Source: a bacterium
GTDB taxonomy: Bacteria > SZUA-182 > DTGQ01 > JBLIRR01
Direction: 5' to 3'
NCBI GenBank assembly: GCA_049472395.1
Contig: JBLIRR010000009.1
Coordinates: 59,710-123,709 of the forward strand
DNA length: 64,000 bases
The notes under the pieces are model-generated. The model searched no databases. It saw only the letters and a list, made by a program, of their open reading frames with translations, and was not told where the DNA came from. The stretch's first letter is position 1. Each line of letters opens with the position of its first letter. This document shows, piece by piece, positions 39,345-49,352 of this stretch. The translations under genes and the position numbers were made by a program.

Positions 39345-40112
39345 ATGAAAAAATATCTATTATACCTGTGCCTTCTCTGTTGTATCCTGATGATGAATGT
39401 TTCCTGTGAGGCACCACAAAAGCAAAGCCGGAACAAAAAAAAAGAGATCAATAGAGAAATAGATCTTGCAAAGATTAAACGCATAGACATTCCCATTGAT
39501 GAAAGTCTTGTCACGAGTGAGGCATCACTGACGCGTAATTTTTACTTTATTTTTGACGGCAGTGGAAGCATGCAGGACGCGCCGGGAGGTGCGTGCAGGG
39601 GAGATCAACGATTTGGCAGCAAACTTGAGGGTGCCAAGTGGGCCGTGCAAGAATTTATGAAAAAGGTACCTGATACTATTAACATAGCTCTCTATGTGTT
39701 TGATACCTACTATGGGAGACGGGAGGTTGTGCCGCTTGGAACAAATAATAGGCAGGAATTTATTCGGGCGGTGAATACAATTCGCCCCGGAGGTATGACG
39801 CCGCTTGCCGACGCAATAAAATTTGCCACTGATCAGCTTGTGAGCCAATATAAGAAACAGCTCGGATATGGGGAATACAGAATAGTCGTTATCACGGACG
39901 GTATTGCTGAGGATATACCAGAGGCTGTTATTTACTCTGCAAAGCGAGGCATGCCGATTTACGCTATAGGATTGTGTATTGGCGATGACCATCCGTTGCG
40001 GCGATATGCTCTTTCATACAGAGCAGCGGATAATTTTGCCGATTTGGCAAAAGGATTGGAAGAGACCCTGGCTGAGTCGGAGGTGTTTGATCCCACGGAA
40101 TTCAAATTTTAA
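39345..40112 (+). CDS. Lipoprotein with von Willebrand factor A (VWA) domain
   Basis: Lipobox MMNVSC. MIDAS-like FIFDGSGSMQD plus downstream T/D residues. Confidence 0.7.
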   Translation: MKKYLLYLCLLCCILMMNVSCEAPQKQSRNKKKEINREIDLAKIKRIDIPIDESLVTSEASLTRNFYFIFDGSGSMQDAPGGACRGDQRFGSKLEGAKWAVQEFMKKVPDTINIALYVFDTYYGRREVVPLGTNNRQEFIRAVNTIRPGGMTPLADAIKFATDQLVSQYKKQLGYGEYRIVVITDGIAEDIPEAVIYSAKRGMPIYAIGLCIGDDHPLRRYALSYRAADNFADLAKGLEETLAESEVFDPTEFKF

Positions 40113-40127
40113 GTGAGGTAAAGCGCG

Positions 40128-41678
40128 GTGAAAAAATCAACTGTAGGCGCACTATTACTTATAATCATAGGCATTATCGGCGTTGTCGGCTATTCATTTT
40201 TAAAACCCTGGCTTTTTGAAAAATCCATTCGGAAGACCTCGGATGCATCAAAGACATACCAAACCATACGAATAGGTGGGGACAATTACCTCGGATACTG
40301 GTTCATCACATCGCCTGAGATGCGCAAATTTGCTGCACGAAGGGGTTTGCAGATCGATTTTACCGATGATGAAGGGGCTTACAGGGAACGCTTAGAAAAA
40401 TTTGCAAAGGGGCAGTATGAGTGTATTGTGTTGCCGGTGAATTCCTATCTTGAGCATGGCGCCCCACATAGCTTCCCTGGTGTGATCGTCGCCTCAATCT
40501 CAGAATCAAAGGGTGCGGACGGGATTGTTGCCTTCTCCGATATCCTTTCTACCGGCACAATCAATGACCTTAATGATGCAAATATTAAAATTGTCTATAC
40601 AAGTGAATCTCCGAGTTCTTTCTTGCTCGATTTAACTATTGTTGATTTTGATCTTTTTCAACTCCAAAACAATGACGCCTGGCGTGTTGAAGTTGCAAGT
40701 TCCAAGGAAGTATATACCCGCGCGAAAAAAAATGAAGGAGATGTGTTTGTACTGTGGGAGCCTGATTTATCAAAAGCTATAGAACTGCCAGGAATGAAAT
40801 ATCTTTGGGGCTCTGATAAATTCGCGGGGTATATTTTAGATGTGTTCGTCTTCAACCGTAAGTTTTTCGAAAAGCAAAGTGATACAGTGCGTGATTTCCT
40901 CAATGCTTATTTCCGTGTAATGAGCATCTATAAAAATAATAGGGATCAAATGGTGAAGGAAATGAGCAAATCAACCAGGTTGAAAAAGGAGGTGATTGAG
41001 GATATGCTCAATAAGATAGAATGGTTTGATTTGCATGAGAACAGCAGTATGCAGTTTGGCATTACCTCCCGGGTTGGTGTACCGGTCAATGATGGCCTTA
41101 TTACGACTATTATTGCCTGTACCGAGGTAATGATAAAAACCAAAAAATTTGATAAGGACCCGCTTCAAGGAAATCCCTATTTGATTACCAACAGTCAAAT
41201 TATTGAGGAATTATCCAAGACGGGTATTGTCTCTGCCCTGGCTGGGTCCACAGGAGATTCCGTAGATTTTAAGCCTCTTGATGATGCAGGTTGGGAAGCC
41301 CTTCGCGAGATTGGGACGCTCCGTGTTGAGCCGATTACCTTCCAGAGATGGGATAATCTGATGGATGCGGCGGGAAAAAAGATCGTGGACAAGATTGCCC
41401 AGATGCTCGAGCATAATTACCCTCACTATCGGATAGTCATTCGGGGCCACACCGAACCAGGTGGAGATGAGAGGGAGAATGAAAAATTATCAATGCAGAG
41501 GGCCCAGACTGTAAGGCAATATTTAATTGCAGTACATACTATTAATCCTCACCGGCTGAGGGCAGAGGGGAGGGGGTCGAAATCGCCGCCAGCGCAAAGG
41601 CCGGGTGAGTCTCCACGAGCGTATCGCTATCGTTTATCACGGGTTGAGTTGGTGGCTTTTGAGGAAAATCTTTTGTAA
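40128..41678 (+). CDS. Membrane-anchored SsuA/NMT1-like substrate-binding-fold protein fused to C-terminal OmpA-like domain
   Basis: N-terminal TM helix. IRIGGDNYLGYWFITSPEMRKF...GVIVASISESKGADGIVAF. OmpA-like YRIVIRGHTEPGGDERENEKLSMQRAQTVRQYL...RVELVAF. Confidence 0.6.
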   Translation: MKKSTVGALLLIIIGIIGVVGYSFLKPWLFEKSIRKTSDASKTYQTIRIGGDNYLGYWFITSPEMRKFAARRGLQIDFTDDEGAYRERLEKFAKGQYECIVLPVNSYLEHGAPHSFPGVIVASISESKGADGIVAFSDILSTGTINDLNDANIKIVYTSESPSSFLLDLTIVDFDLFQLQNNDAWRVEVASSKEVYTRAKKNEGDVFVLWEPDLSKAIELPGMKYLWGSDKFAGYILDVFVFNRKFFEKQSDTVRDFLNAYFRVMSIYKNNRDQMVKEMSKSTRLKKEVIEDMLNKIEWFDLHENSSMQFGITSRVGVPVNDGLITTIIACTEVMIKTKKFDKDPLQGNPYLITNSQIIEELSKTGIVSALAGSTGDSVDFKPLDDAGWEALREIGTLRVEPITFQRWDNLMDAAGKKIVDKIAQMLEHNYPHYRIVIRGHTEPGGDERENEKLSMQRAQTVRQYLIAVHTINPHRLRAEGRGSKSPPAQRPGESPRAYRYRLSRVELVAFEENLL

Positions 41679-41705
41679 CATAATATAAATAAAAAGGTGA
41701 GTTGA

Positions 41706-42560
41706 ATGCGGAACCGATGCCTGAAAAGACCGACGGCAAAACCAGAAAAATTGCCCACTGTTGCTGATTTTTCATCCGCTGCTGTGCAGAAAGCCATACT
41801 CTCTGAAACCCTTCAGCATCCGATAACGTTGTATCCGGCAGGTATCTCGTTGGTGAGTCTCCTCTACATGGGCCTTGTGAGCTTTAATCCAACGTCATTT
41901 GCCATTTGCTTCGGGAGTGGCTTATTTAGTCTTGGCTCCTGGGTATATAATTTTTTCCTTAGGGGCAAGGATTTTGAATCGAAATATATTAGAAACCTCC
42001 AGAATGCTTTGGCACAACAGACCGAAAAAGCCTTAAGGGACTTAAAAAGCGATCTTCTTGATAATGAGTGCCCGGAGGCAGCTGAGCAACTTGATAAATT
42101 AAAGGAAAAATTCGAAAGTCTTGATGAACTGTTAAGGGAGAAGCTTGATGAAAAAGAACTCACCTTCGGACGATATCATGGCATTGGGCAACAGGTCTAT
42201 TTTTCAGGGATCGATAACCTGCAGGATGCTGCAGCAGCATTAAAAAGCATTAGCGCCATTGATCCGGCGCGTATAAAGAAGTTGCTTAAAAAACTTCGAA
42301 GCATCAAAGAACCTGATGGGGTAACGTTGAAGGAAATGGAGACATTAGAGGAGAGACAAAAACTAAGGGATGATCAACTTCGGAAAGTGAAACAGCTCAT
42401 GATTCAGAATGAGGCCGCCATGACTCAATTGGATAAAACCACCATTGCCATTGCTGAAATGGATACGATGAAGGGCCAGTCTGACGTAGATATGGAAACA
42501 GCCATGACAGAGCTTGCACAGATTACGGAACGGGCAAAGGATTATTCAAATAGCGTATAA
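41706..42560 (+). CDS. Membrane protein (2 TM) with long coiled-coil region
   Basis: Two hydrophobic helices near residues 55-100, followed by a heptad-rich charged region. Confidence 0.4.
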   Translation: MRNRCLKRPTAKPEKLPTVADFSSAAVQKAILSETLQHPITLYPAGISLVSLLYMGLVSFNPTSFAICFGSGLFSLGSWVYNFFLRGKDFESKYIRNLQNALAQQTEKALRDLKSDLLDNECPEAAEQLDKLKEKFESLDELLREKLDEKELTFGRYHGIGQQVYFSGIDNLQDAAAALKSISAIDPARIKKLLKKLRSIKEPDGVTLKEMETLEERQKLRDDQLRKVKQLMIQNEAAMTQLDKTTIAIAEMDTMKGQSDVDMETAMTELAQITERAKDYSNSV

Positions 42561-42615
42561 AATTTTTATTCCGGCGCAGCCGGCAATATTATCTTTACAA
42601 GGGGGAGGATAATTT

Positions 42616-43821
42616 ATGGAAGCACAAGGAAACGTAACAGTCAAAGAGAGAGCTTCAACCGGCTTGATTGTGCCGGATGAAGTCGCAGTGAAACAGGAGC
42701 TGCAGCTTGTGGACCCAACATCCATATCAACGCAGGCCGTGGATTCGAATTTAGAAAAACAGGCTGATGATTTCATTGAGATGCTACTGAGCGGTGATAT
42801 AGATGATCAGAAAAAAAAGATGGCTGTTGATCAGATGGGTGCAAAGACCCAGAAAATAGCGGCGCAACGAAGCAAGATGCTTCAGCAGCCAATTAATAAC
42901 CTCGTAAAAACGGGTGAAGATGGGGGGCCTGTTGCCAAGTCACTTGTAGACCTGAAAATGCAGGTAGAAGCGCTTGATCCGGTAAAATTTGATTTTGCTC
43001 CCGGATGGTTTTCACGATCACTTGGATTCCTGCCTTTTATCGGCACGCCACTTAAAAAATATTTTACCCAATATGAAAGTGCTCAAACTGTTATTGACGC
43101 TATTATTAAATCTCTCGAGAAGGGGAGGGACCAATTAAGGAGAGATACGATTACCTTGTCAGCGGACCAAAAAAGTATGCGGGAGATGACCATACGGTTA
43201 GAGCGGGCTATTCAGCTTGGCCAACTTCTTGATCAAAAACTCCAGTATAAACTTGACAGGGATATCCCCCCCGAAGATCCGAAATACAATTTTATATCTG
43301 ATGAACTATTATTTCCTCTGCGCCAGCGGGTAATGGACTTGCAGCAACAGTTGGCGGTGAATCAACAGGGTGTCCTTGCAACAGAGATCATCATTCGAAA
43401 TAACAGAGAGCTTATGCGAGGCGTGAACCGGGCATTAAATGTCACCGTTAACGCCCTGCAAGTGGCGGTCACCGTTGCTCTGGGACTTGCCAATCAAAAA
43501 ATCGTGTTAAAGAAGATCGAGGCCATTAATAAGACCACATCAGACCTCATTGCAAATACCGCCCAACAGTTGCGGATGCAAGGCGCCCAGATTCATAAAC
43601 AAGCCTCTCAGGCAGCGCTCGATATGAATTCATTGGAGAAGGCTTTTGCAGATATAAATGCAGCGTTAGATGATATTTCAAAATTCCGGAGAGAGGCACT
43701 TCCGCAAATGGCTAATTCAATATTGCGCATGAACACTCTGACTGACCAGGCTGAAGAAAGTATCAGTAAGATAGAGCAGGGGACACAACTGCAATCAGAA
43801 ATTATTATTGATGTAGAATAA
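42616..43821 (+). CDS. TelA-like (toxic anion resistance family) protein
   Basis: About 400 aa, soluble and highly alpha-helical/coiled-coil. Overall pattern reminiscent of TelA/KlaA/YceH from memory. No diagnostic motif confirmed. Confidence 0.4.
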   Translation: MEAQGNVTVKERASTGLIVPDEVAVKQELQLVDPTSISTQAVDSNLEKQADDFIEMLLSGDIDDQKKKMAVDQMGAKTQKIAAQRSKMLQQPINNLVKTGEDGGPVAKSLVDLKMQVEALDPVKFDFAPGWFSRSLGFLPFIGTPLKKYFTQYESAQTVIDAIIKSLEKGRDQLRRDTITLSADQKSMREMTIRLERAIQLGQLLDQKLQYKLDRDIPPEDPKYNFISDELLFPLRQRVMDLQQQLAVNQQGVLATEIIIRNNRELMRGVNRALNVTVNALQVAVTVALGLANQKIVLKKIEAINKTTSDLIANTAQQLRMQGAQIHKQASQAALDMNSLEKAFADINAALDDISKFRREALPQMANSILRMNTLTDQAEESISKIEQGTQLQSEIIIDVE

Positions 43822-43840
43822 AAACAAGGGGGAGATATAA

Positions 43841-44917
43841 ATGCGTGAATCACGATTTTTTACTTTATTTTTAATAAGCATTATTACTATTATGGTGGTC
43901 GCTACAATTCCTCTGCATTCTTTTGCGCGACCGAAAAAATACACCGTTGCATGGTCAATTTATGCTGGCTGGATGCCCTGGGATTATGCGGGATATGCAG
44001 GTATTCTCAAGAAATGGGCAGATAAATATGGCATAGCCATTGATCTTGTAAGGATGGATTATATCCCATCGGTAGAGGCTTTTGTCGCAAAAAAGGTAGA
44101 TGGGTGCGTTATGACGAATATGGAATGTCTTGATATGCCGGCATCCTCTGGCATTGATTGCACGGTGCTTATCATGGGGGATTTTTCAAATGGCAATGAT
44201 GCTATTTTGACGCGCGATGGGATCGGGATCGCGGGATTGAAGGGCAAGGATATTTACCTGGTGGAGCTTTCCGTATCTCACTATCTTCTGGCACGCTGTC
44301 TTGAAATGAATGGCTTAAAGGAGAAAGATGTGAGGATAGTAAATACCTCTGACAGCGATATCGGACCGGTTTTTCTCTCAAATAAATCACAAAAGGCAGT
44401 CGTCACGTGGAATCCGATAGTTATGGAAATAGAGCAGGTGCCAGGAATAAGTAAAATATATACCTCAGCGAATATCCCTGGTGAAATCCTCGATCTTATG
44501 GTTGTAAGCACCGATGTACTTAATAAGAATCCTGATTTTGGTAAGGCTCTCACCGGCGCATGGTATGAAGTTATGGATATGATGTCGAAAAGAGGACCTG
44601 TGGCGGATAAAGCCCTCACATATATGGCTGAATCCGCAGGTACGTCACTTGTGGAATATAAGAGGCAACTTGCAACAACAGCAATGTTCTATACCCCTCA
44701 ATCGGCGACTGATTATACAAAGGGCAGTGAGATCAAAGAAAAAATGAATTTTGTGCGAAAATTCTGTTTTGATCATGGATTGCTCGGTGAGAATGCCCCT
44801 TCAATGGACATTGTCGGTATTTCCTATCCTGATGGCACCATTCAGGGGGATAGGAAGAATATTAAAATGCGGTTTGACAGCACCTATATGCAGCGTGTCG
44901 CTGATGAGCACCTTTAA
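43841..44917 (+). CDS. ABC transporter periplasmic substrate-binding protein, SsuA/TauA/NMT1 family
   Basis: Signal peptide. KKYTVAWSIYAGWMPWDYAG... pattern typical of nitrate/sulfonate/bicarbonate-family SBPs. Followed by permease and ATPase genes. Confidence 0.75.
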   Translation: MRESRFFTLFLISIITIMVVATIPLHSFARPKKYTVAWSIYAGWMPWDYAGYAGILKKWADKYGIAIDLVRMDYIPSVEAFVAKKVDGCVMTNMECLDMPASSGIDCTVLIMGDFSNGNDAILTRDGIGIAGLKGKDIYLVELSVSHYLLARCLEMNGLKEKDVRIVNTSDSDIGPVFLSNKSQKAVVTWNPIVMEIEQVPGISKIYTSANIPGEILDLMVVSTDVLNKNPDFGKALTGAWYEVMDMMSKRGPVADKALTYMAESAGTSLVEYKRQLATTAMFYTPQSATDYTKGSEIKEKMNFVRKFCFDHGLLGENAPSMDIVGISYPDGTIQGDRKNIKMRFDSTYMQRVADEHL

Positions 44918-44934
44918 AGGTAAATGGGCCAAAG

Positions 44935-45744
44935 ATGCAATTCTTTAAGATCAATGCTCGGCCACGCCGTACAAGTGCGCTTATCATCTCCTCTCTCTTG
45001 TTTATTATCTGTATCACTACGTATTTTGTGGGCTCCTACTTAAGGCATAAGGAGAATCCTCAGGATAAAGTTATGCCCACAATTTCCGAGATGGTACAGG
45101 GATTGTATCGGTCAGCATTCACGCGGGATCGAAAGGGAGAATATAGACTTCTTGTTGACAGTGTGGCCAGTGCCAGAAGGTTCTTTATCGGAACAGCGCT
45201 GCTTTTTCTTGCCATGATACTTGGTCTTAATATGGGCGTGTTCCCCTATATCGAGGAATTATTTTTGGGGTTTACACTATTTTTCGATAAAGTACCCGCC
45301 CTTGCCTTGCTTCCGATCTTATTTATTGTATTTGGTCTTGGAGAGGTCTCCAAGATCGCTCTTATTGTGGTTGGGGTGTTCCCGACGATTATTTTAGATA
45401 CGTATTTAAGGGCAAAGGAAGTGCCGAGAGAGCAAATTATCAAAGGATTGACTCTAGGGGCCAGTGATTTTGAGATCGCCTATCGGATTGTCCTCCCTCA
45501 AATATTTCCCAAAGCCCTTGATACGATAAGATTGAATTTTAAAGCGGTTATGCTCTATTTGATCGCCGGCGAATCACTCGCTGCCACGGTTGGCCTTGGG
45601 TATCGGATCTTCGTTGTGAGGCGCTACATTGCCATGGACATAATTATTCCCTATGTCATATGGATGAGCCTTCTGCTTTTTATTACTGATATGGCGGTCC
45701 GGATATGGATTAATAAACGCTATCCCTGGCTTGATAAAGAGTAA
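44935..45744 (+). CDS. ABC transporter permease (SsuC/TauC-like)
   Basis: Six hydrophobic helices. EAA-like loop region (...AKEVPREQIIKGLTLGAS...). Confidence 0.8.
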   Translation: MQFFKINARPRRTSALIISSLLFIICITTYFVGSYLRHKENPQDKVMPTISEMVQGLYRSAFTRDRKGEYRLLVDSVASARRFFIGTALLFLAMILGLNMGVFPYIEELFLGFTLFFDKVPALALLPILFIVFGLGEVSKIALIVVGVFPTIILDTYLRAKEVPREQIIKGLTLGASDFEIAYRIVLPQIFPKALDTIRLNFKAVMLYLIAGESLAATVGLGYRIFVVRRYIAMDIIIPYVIWMSLLLFITDMAVRIWINKRYPWLDKE

Positions 45745-45749
45745 AGACA

Positions 45750-46673
45750 ATGGATGATTCACGGCACTATATACTCTATCTTGAGAATATTTATCAGAAA
45801 TATCCGGATAAGGAAGGAAGATTCAGAACGATACTCAATGATATTGATCTGAGGGTCAGGGAGGGAGAGTTCTTAACGGTTGTCGGGCCGACCGGATGTG
45901 GCAAATCCACGCTCCTTCGATTGATTTTAGGATCAGAGCGCCCATTTAGCGGAAATCTCCTGGTGAATGATTCCAAGGTGAGCAGCCCTGACAGAAATCG
46001 AGGAATCGTGTTTCAAAAGTATTCTCTCTTTCCTCACCTTACTGTGCTTGAAAATGTCATCTTCGGGCTTCAACTTGAGAAATTCACTCTCCCCGGACGT
46101 CTCCTAGGGCCTATTCACTTTCGGAAAAAGTCAATGGAATTTAAAAAGCAGGCGATTGAGTATTTAAAGCGGGTGGGCATGGATAACGATGTGAATAAGT
46201 ATCCCTATCAATTATCAGGCGGAATGCGCCAAAGGGTGGCCATTGTGCAAGCCTTAATAATACAGCCTGCCCTTTTGCTCATGGATGAACCCTTTGGAGC
46301 TCTCGATGATGGAACACGTCAGGTGATGCAGCTTTTTATGCTTGAGCAGTGGGAAAAGACAAAAATGACCATATTCTTTGTCACTCATGATCTTGAGGAA
46401 GCATTATTCCTCGGAACCCGTGTTATTGTCCTGTCTCCATATTATAAAACCGACTGTGAAGAGTGTGAAGGCTCAAAGATAGTAACCGATAAGGCCATTT
46501 CAGGGAGCCACCCCAAACCGACTGATTTCAAATATACCCCAGAATTTAATAAGCTGCTTGAGCAGATACGAAGAGATGGCCTCGATCCATCCCACACACA
46601 ACATATCAGCCAATTCGACCTCAGCCACGCTGATTCCTACCGTTCAGTGACAGGCGATGAATGGAGAAGATAA
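45750..46673 (+). CDS. ABC transporter ATP-binding protein (SsuB/TauB-like) with C-terminal extension
   Basis: Walker A GPTGCGKST. Signature LSGGMRQRV. Walker B LLMDEPFGALD. Confidence 0.85.
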   Translation: MDDSRHYILYLENIYQKYPDKEGRFRTILNDIDLRVREGEFLTVVGPTGCGKSTLLRLILGSERPFSGNLLVNDSKVSSPDRNRGIVFQKYSLFPHLTVLENVIFGLQLEKFTLPGRLLGPIHFRKKSMEFKKQAIEYLKRVGMDNDVNKYPYQLSGGMRQRVAIVQALIIQPALLLMDEPFGALDDGTRQVMQLFMLEQWEKTKMTIFFVTHDLEEALFLGTRVIVLSPYYKTDCEECEGSKIVTDKAISGSHPKPTDFKYTPEFNKLLEQIRRDGLDPSHTQHISQFDLSHADSYRSVTGDEWRR

Positions 46674-46692
46674 ATAACTACATTGCATAATA

Positions 46693-46790
46693 CTGTCACT
46701 TTATGACAGTATTCTACAATTATATCAAGAAATCATTTGAAATAACTTTCAAATATCGATATAATGTAAGAAACTGTTATTTATTGACAG
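46693..46790. promoter_or_regulatory. Palindromic operator-like sites ACTGTCA-N5-TGACAGT (46693-46710) and CTGTTA-N5-TGACAG (46774-46790) upstream of the AbiEi gene
   Basis: Inverted repeats seen in the sequence. AbiEi antitoxins are known to autoregulate by binding inverted repeats in their own promoter. Confidence 0.4.
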
Positions 46791-46811
46791 TAACATGCAA
46801 AAAACATCGAT

Positions 46812-47456
46812 ATGCAAAAGATTGTAGAATTAATTTTAGAAAAAAGTCCAGTTGACTATATTACAACAGATTTGTTGCATATGATTTTAGGGGGATCAAA
46901 AGATAGGTTATATAGTATTGTGAAACGAGCTTTAGCTTCAAAGGACTTGGTGAGAGTGCGTAGAGGACTTTATGTTCTTGGCGAAAAATACCGTCGTTTT
47001 AAAATTTCGGAAGTCATTTTGTCTCAAAGAATTTATTCTCCTTCATATTTAAGCTTTGAATATGCGTTATCATTTCATGGATTGATTCCGGATATAGTTC
47101 AAAGAGTATTATCCGCCTCATATTATAGATCACAAGTATTTGAAACTCAGGTTGGGATTTATGAATACTATCATATTCCTTTAAAACCATTTTTTTTAGG
47201 TGTCCAAAGGCATAAAAATCAATTTGGAAATGGATTCTTGATTGCTGGACCAGAACGAGCGCTTTGTGATTTGATTTATAAAAAGAAAATAAAATGGGTA
47301 AATATATCTGTACTTGTGCAGGGTTATAGAGTTGAAGAAGAAGAACTATTAAAATTTAATCAAAAATTATTAATTGATGTTGCTGATAATTATCCTGTGA
47401 TTTTTGTTAAGAAATTTATTAACAAATTAGTGAAGGAAATTAATAATGTCTTATAG
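46812..47456 (+). CDS. AbiEi-family type IV antitoxin (wHTH + C-terminal domain)
   Basis: About 214 aa, directly upstream of an AbiEii-like gene and overlapping it by 11 bp. The N-terminal region is compatible with a winged helix. Family-level call from gene context and length. Confidence 0.55.
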   Translation: MQKIVELILEKSPVDYITTDLLHMILGGSKDRLYSIVKRALASKDLVRVRRGLYVLGEKYRRFKISEVILSQRIYSPSYLSFEYALSFHGLIPDIVQRVLSASYYRSQVFETQVGIYEYYHIPLKPFFLGVQRHKNQFGNGFLIAGPERALCDLIYKKKIKWVNISVLVQGYRVEEEELLKFNQKLLIDVADNYPVIFVKKFINKLVKEINNVL

Positions 47457-48294
47457 GTCACTGATTGAGGAGCGTCTACGAGAATCTGAATACCGATCTG
47501 AATTAGAAGAAGAGAATGCATTAAAACAAATCTTTCAAGAAATTATTTTATATGCACTTTATGAAGCCCGATTTTTTAATATTGCGGCATTCCATGGTGG
47601 GACAGAACTTCGGATTTTAAGAAATTCGAATAGATTCTCAGAAGATTTAGATTTTGCGTTGTATGTAAAAAACAAAGCATTTGATTTTTCTCTTATGACA
47701 AAACAGGTTAAAGAAAGTTTGTTCAACTGGGAGGTAGAAATGGAGGTTATTGATAAGTCAAAAGCAGGCAATGTTATAAAAAAAATGTTGCTAAAAGATA
47801 CTTCCATGGCTAAGTTACTGATTCTTAATCCTCTATATGATAAACGAAAAACTGTAAGCGTTAAGGTTGAATTAGATACACATCCCCCAGAAGGAATTAA
47901 CACCGAAATTAAATACTTAGAATATCCTGTTACATTTCCTGTGACAAGCTTCGACTTATCTACAAGTTTTTCTGGTAAGTTACATGCATTATTATGTAGA
48001 AATTATATCAAGGGACGTGATTGGTATGATTTTATTTGGTACACCCAAAAAAAACCTGAATTAAACATTAAATTTATTAGAAATGCATTTTTTCAACAAG
48101 GCCCATGGGAAAAACAGAATATTGAGATAGATAAAGAATGGATTATAGAAAAATTGAAACAAAAGATCAATGAGATAGATTGGAAACAGGCAAAAGAGGA
48201 TGTCCGACCATTTTTGAAGCATGATTATGTTGGAGGACTTGAACACTGGAGTAAAGCATATTTTCAACAAGCCCTTATGAGATTATATGAGTAA
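47446..48294 (+). CDS. AbiEii/AbiGii-family nucleotidyltransferase toxin (DUF1814)
   Basis: FHGGTELRILRNSNRFSEDLDF matches the conserved GG[ST]xL...R.S.DlDf nucleotidyltransferase core of AbiEii. Confidence 0.75.
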   Translation: MSYRSLIEERLRESEYRSELEEENALKQIFQEIILYALYEARFFNIAAFHGGTELRILRNSNRFSEDLDFALYVKNKAFDFSLMTKQVKESLFNWEVEMEVIDKSKAGNVIKKMLLKDTSMAKLLILNPLYDKRKTVSVKVELDTHPPEGINTEIKYLEYPVTFPVTSFDLSTSFSGKLHALLCRNYIKGRDWYDFIWYTQKKPELNIKFIRNAFFQQGPWEKQNIEIDKEWIIEKLKQKINEIDWKQAKEDVRPFLKHDYVGGLEHWSKAYFQQALMRLYE

Positions 48295-48510
48295 TAATTT
48301 AATGTCGCATTCGAATATCGAATGGGGTCAGACTGCTCTTTTCCATTATGAATATTTGATATCAGGCAGACAGGCACATCAGTATTATTCAACTGGTATG
48401 AATCCTGCCAAAAAATACTTGTTTCTTCCTCGTTCCCCTTCAGCGATTAGAATTCTTTTTTTCATTACCATGAGTCATCTTGGAATGATAAATCACTGTC
48501 CCAGTCTCTT

Positions 48511-48882
48511 CATTTCTCTCACCTTATCGTACTTGAAAATGTCATATTCTGTCTTCAACTTGAAAAATTCACTCTCACCGGACGTCTCCTAAGGCCCATC
48601 CACTTTCGGAAAAAGTCATCGGAACCCGTGTTATTGTCCTTTCTCCATATTATCACACTGATTGTGAAGAGTGTGAAGGCTCAAAGATAGTAACAGATAA
48701 GGCCATTTCAGGGAGCTACCCCAAACCGACTGATTTTAAATATACCCCAGAATTTAATGAGTTGCTTAAACAGATACGAAGAGATGGCCTCGATCCATCC
48801 CACAGACATCATATCAGTCAATTCGACCTAAGCCACGCTGATTCTTACCGTTCAGTGACACCCGATGAATGGAGAAGATAAA
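48511..48882 (+). pseudogene. Degenerate, internally deleted duplicate of the 3' end of the ABC ATPase gene (45750..46673)
   Basis: 48511-48618 is about 90% identical to 46025-46133, and 48619-48882 is about 90% identical to 46408-46676, with about 274 bp of intervening gene sequence missing. By-eye alignment in the sequence. Confidence 0.7.
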
Positions 48883-48902
48883 TAAGGAATTTTACGGACC
48901 CA

Positions 48903-49352
48903 TTACTGTAATAGAGCCCAGCTTAAATAGACATCGGGTGTACCATAAACAAATGTTGGATACTCGGACTGGGCATAGGGAAAGGTAATCCCAGGCAAAG
49001 TCGTATATGAAAATGTAGTTTCATAAGGAGAGCTTGGATAGGGATACGTCGGAATACCGGTGGTGGTGTATAACCCTGTTATATCAGGGGGCAGAAAAGG
49101 GCTGAATGTAGAGAATCCGAGCAGAGTTCCATTGATACTATTGAAATATGCATAAAAATAATAAGGACGCATGGTCTGTTGTAATAAAATAAAAGCTAAA
49201 GGCGCAGGGAGAATATCGAAGGGTGGCCAAATGATTATTGGCCAGGGCTCGATAGAGTATTGTCCCCGGACATTTGATCCGGGTGTTAAGGCGAAAACAC
49301 TCATAACTATAACAATTATTATGGCGGCTTTAAAGAATTTATAATTATGCAT
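48903..49352 (-). CDS. Small secreted P/Y/W-rich protein (possible distant relative of the LPPYNTLWPLWSP family)
   Basis: Signal peptide. PWPIIIWPPFDILPAP. Tyr/Pro-rich C-terminus. Confidence 0.45.
   Translation of the reverse strand: MHNYKFFKAAIIIVIVMSVFALTPGSNVRGQYSIEPWPIIIWPPFDILPAPLAFILLQQTMRPYYFYAYFNSINGTLLGFSTFSPFLPPDITGLYTTTGIPTYPYPSSPYETTFSYTTLPGITFPYAQSEYPTFVYGTPDVYLSWALLQ

Noticed and set aside
12497-46790. Shared ACTGTCAG / TTGTCAA cores between the array terminator hairpin, the AbiEi operator palindromes, the 11-mer repeats at 677-1780 and TTGTCAAAT at 6241
   Set aside because: The shared core is only 6-7 bp and AT-moderate. Chance recurrence cannot be excluded without a genome-wide count.
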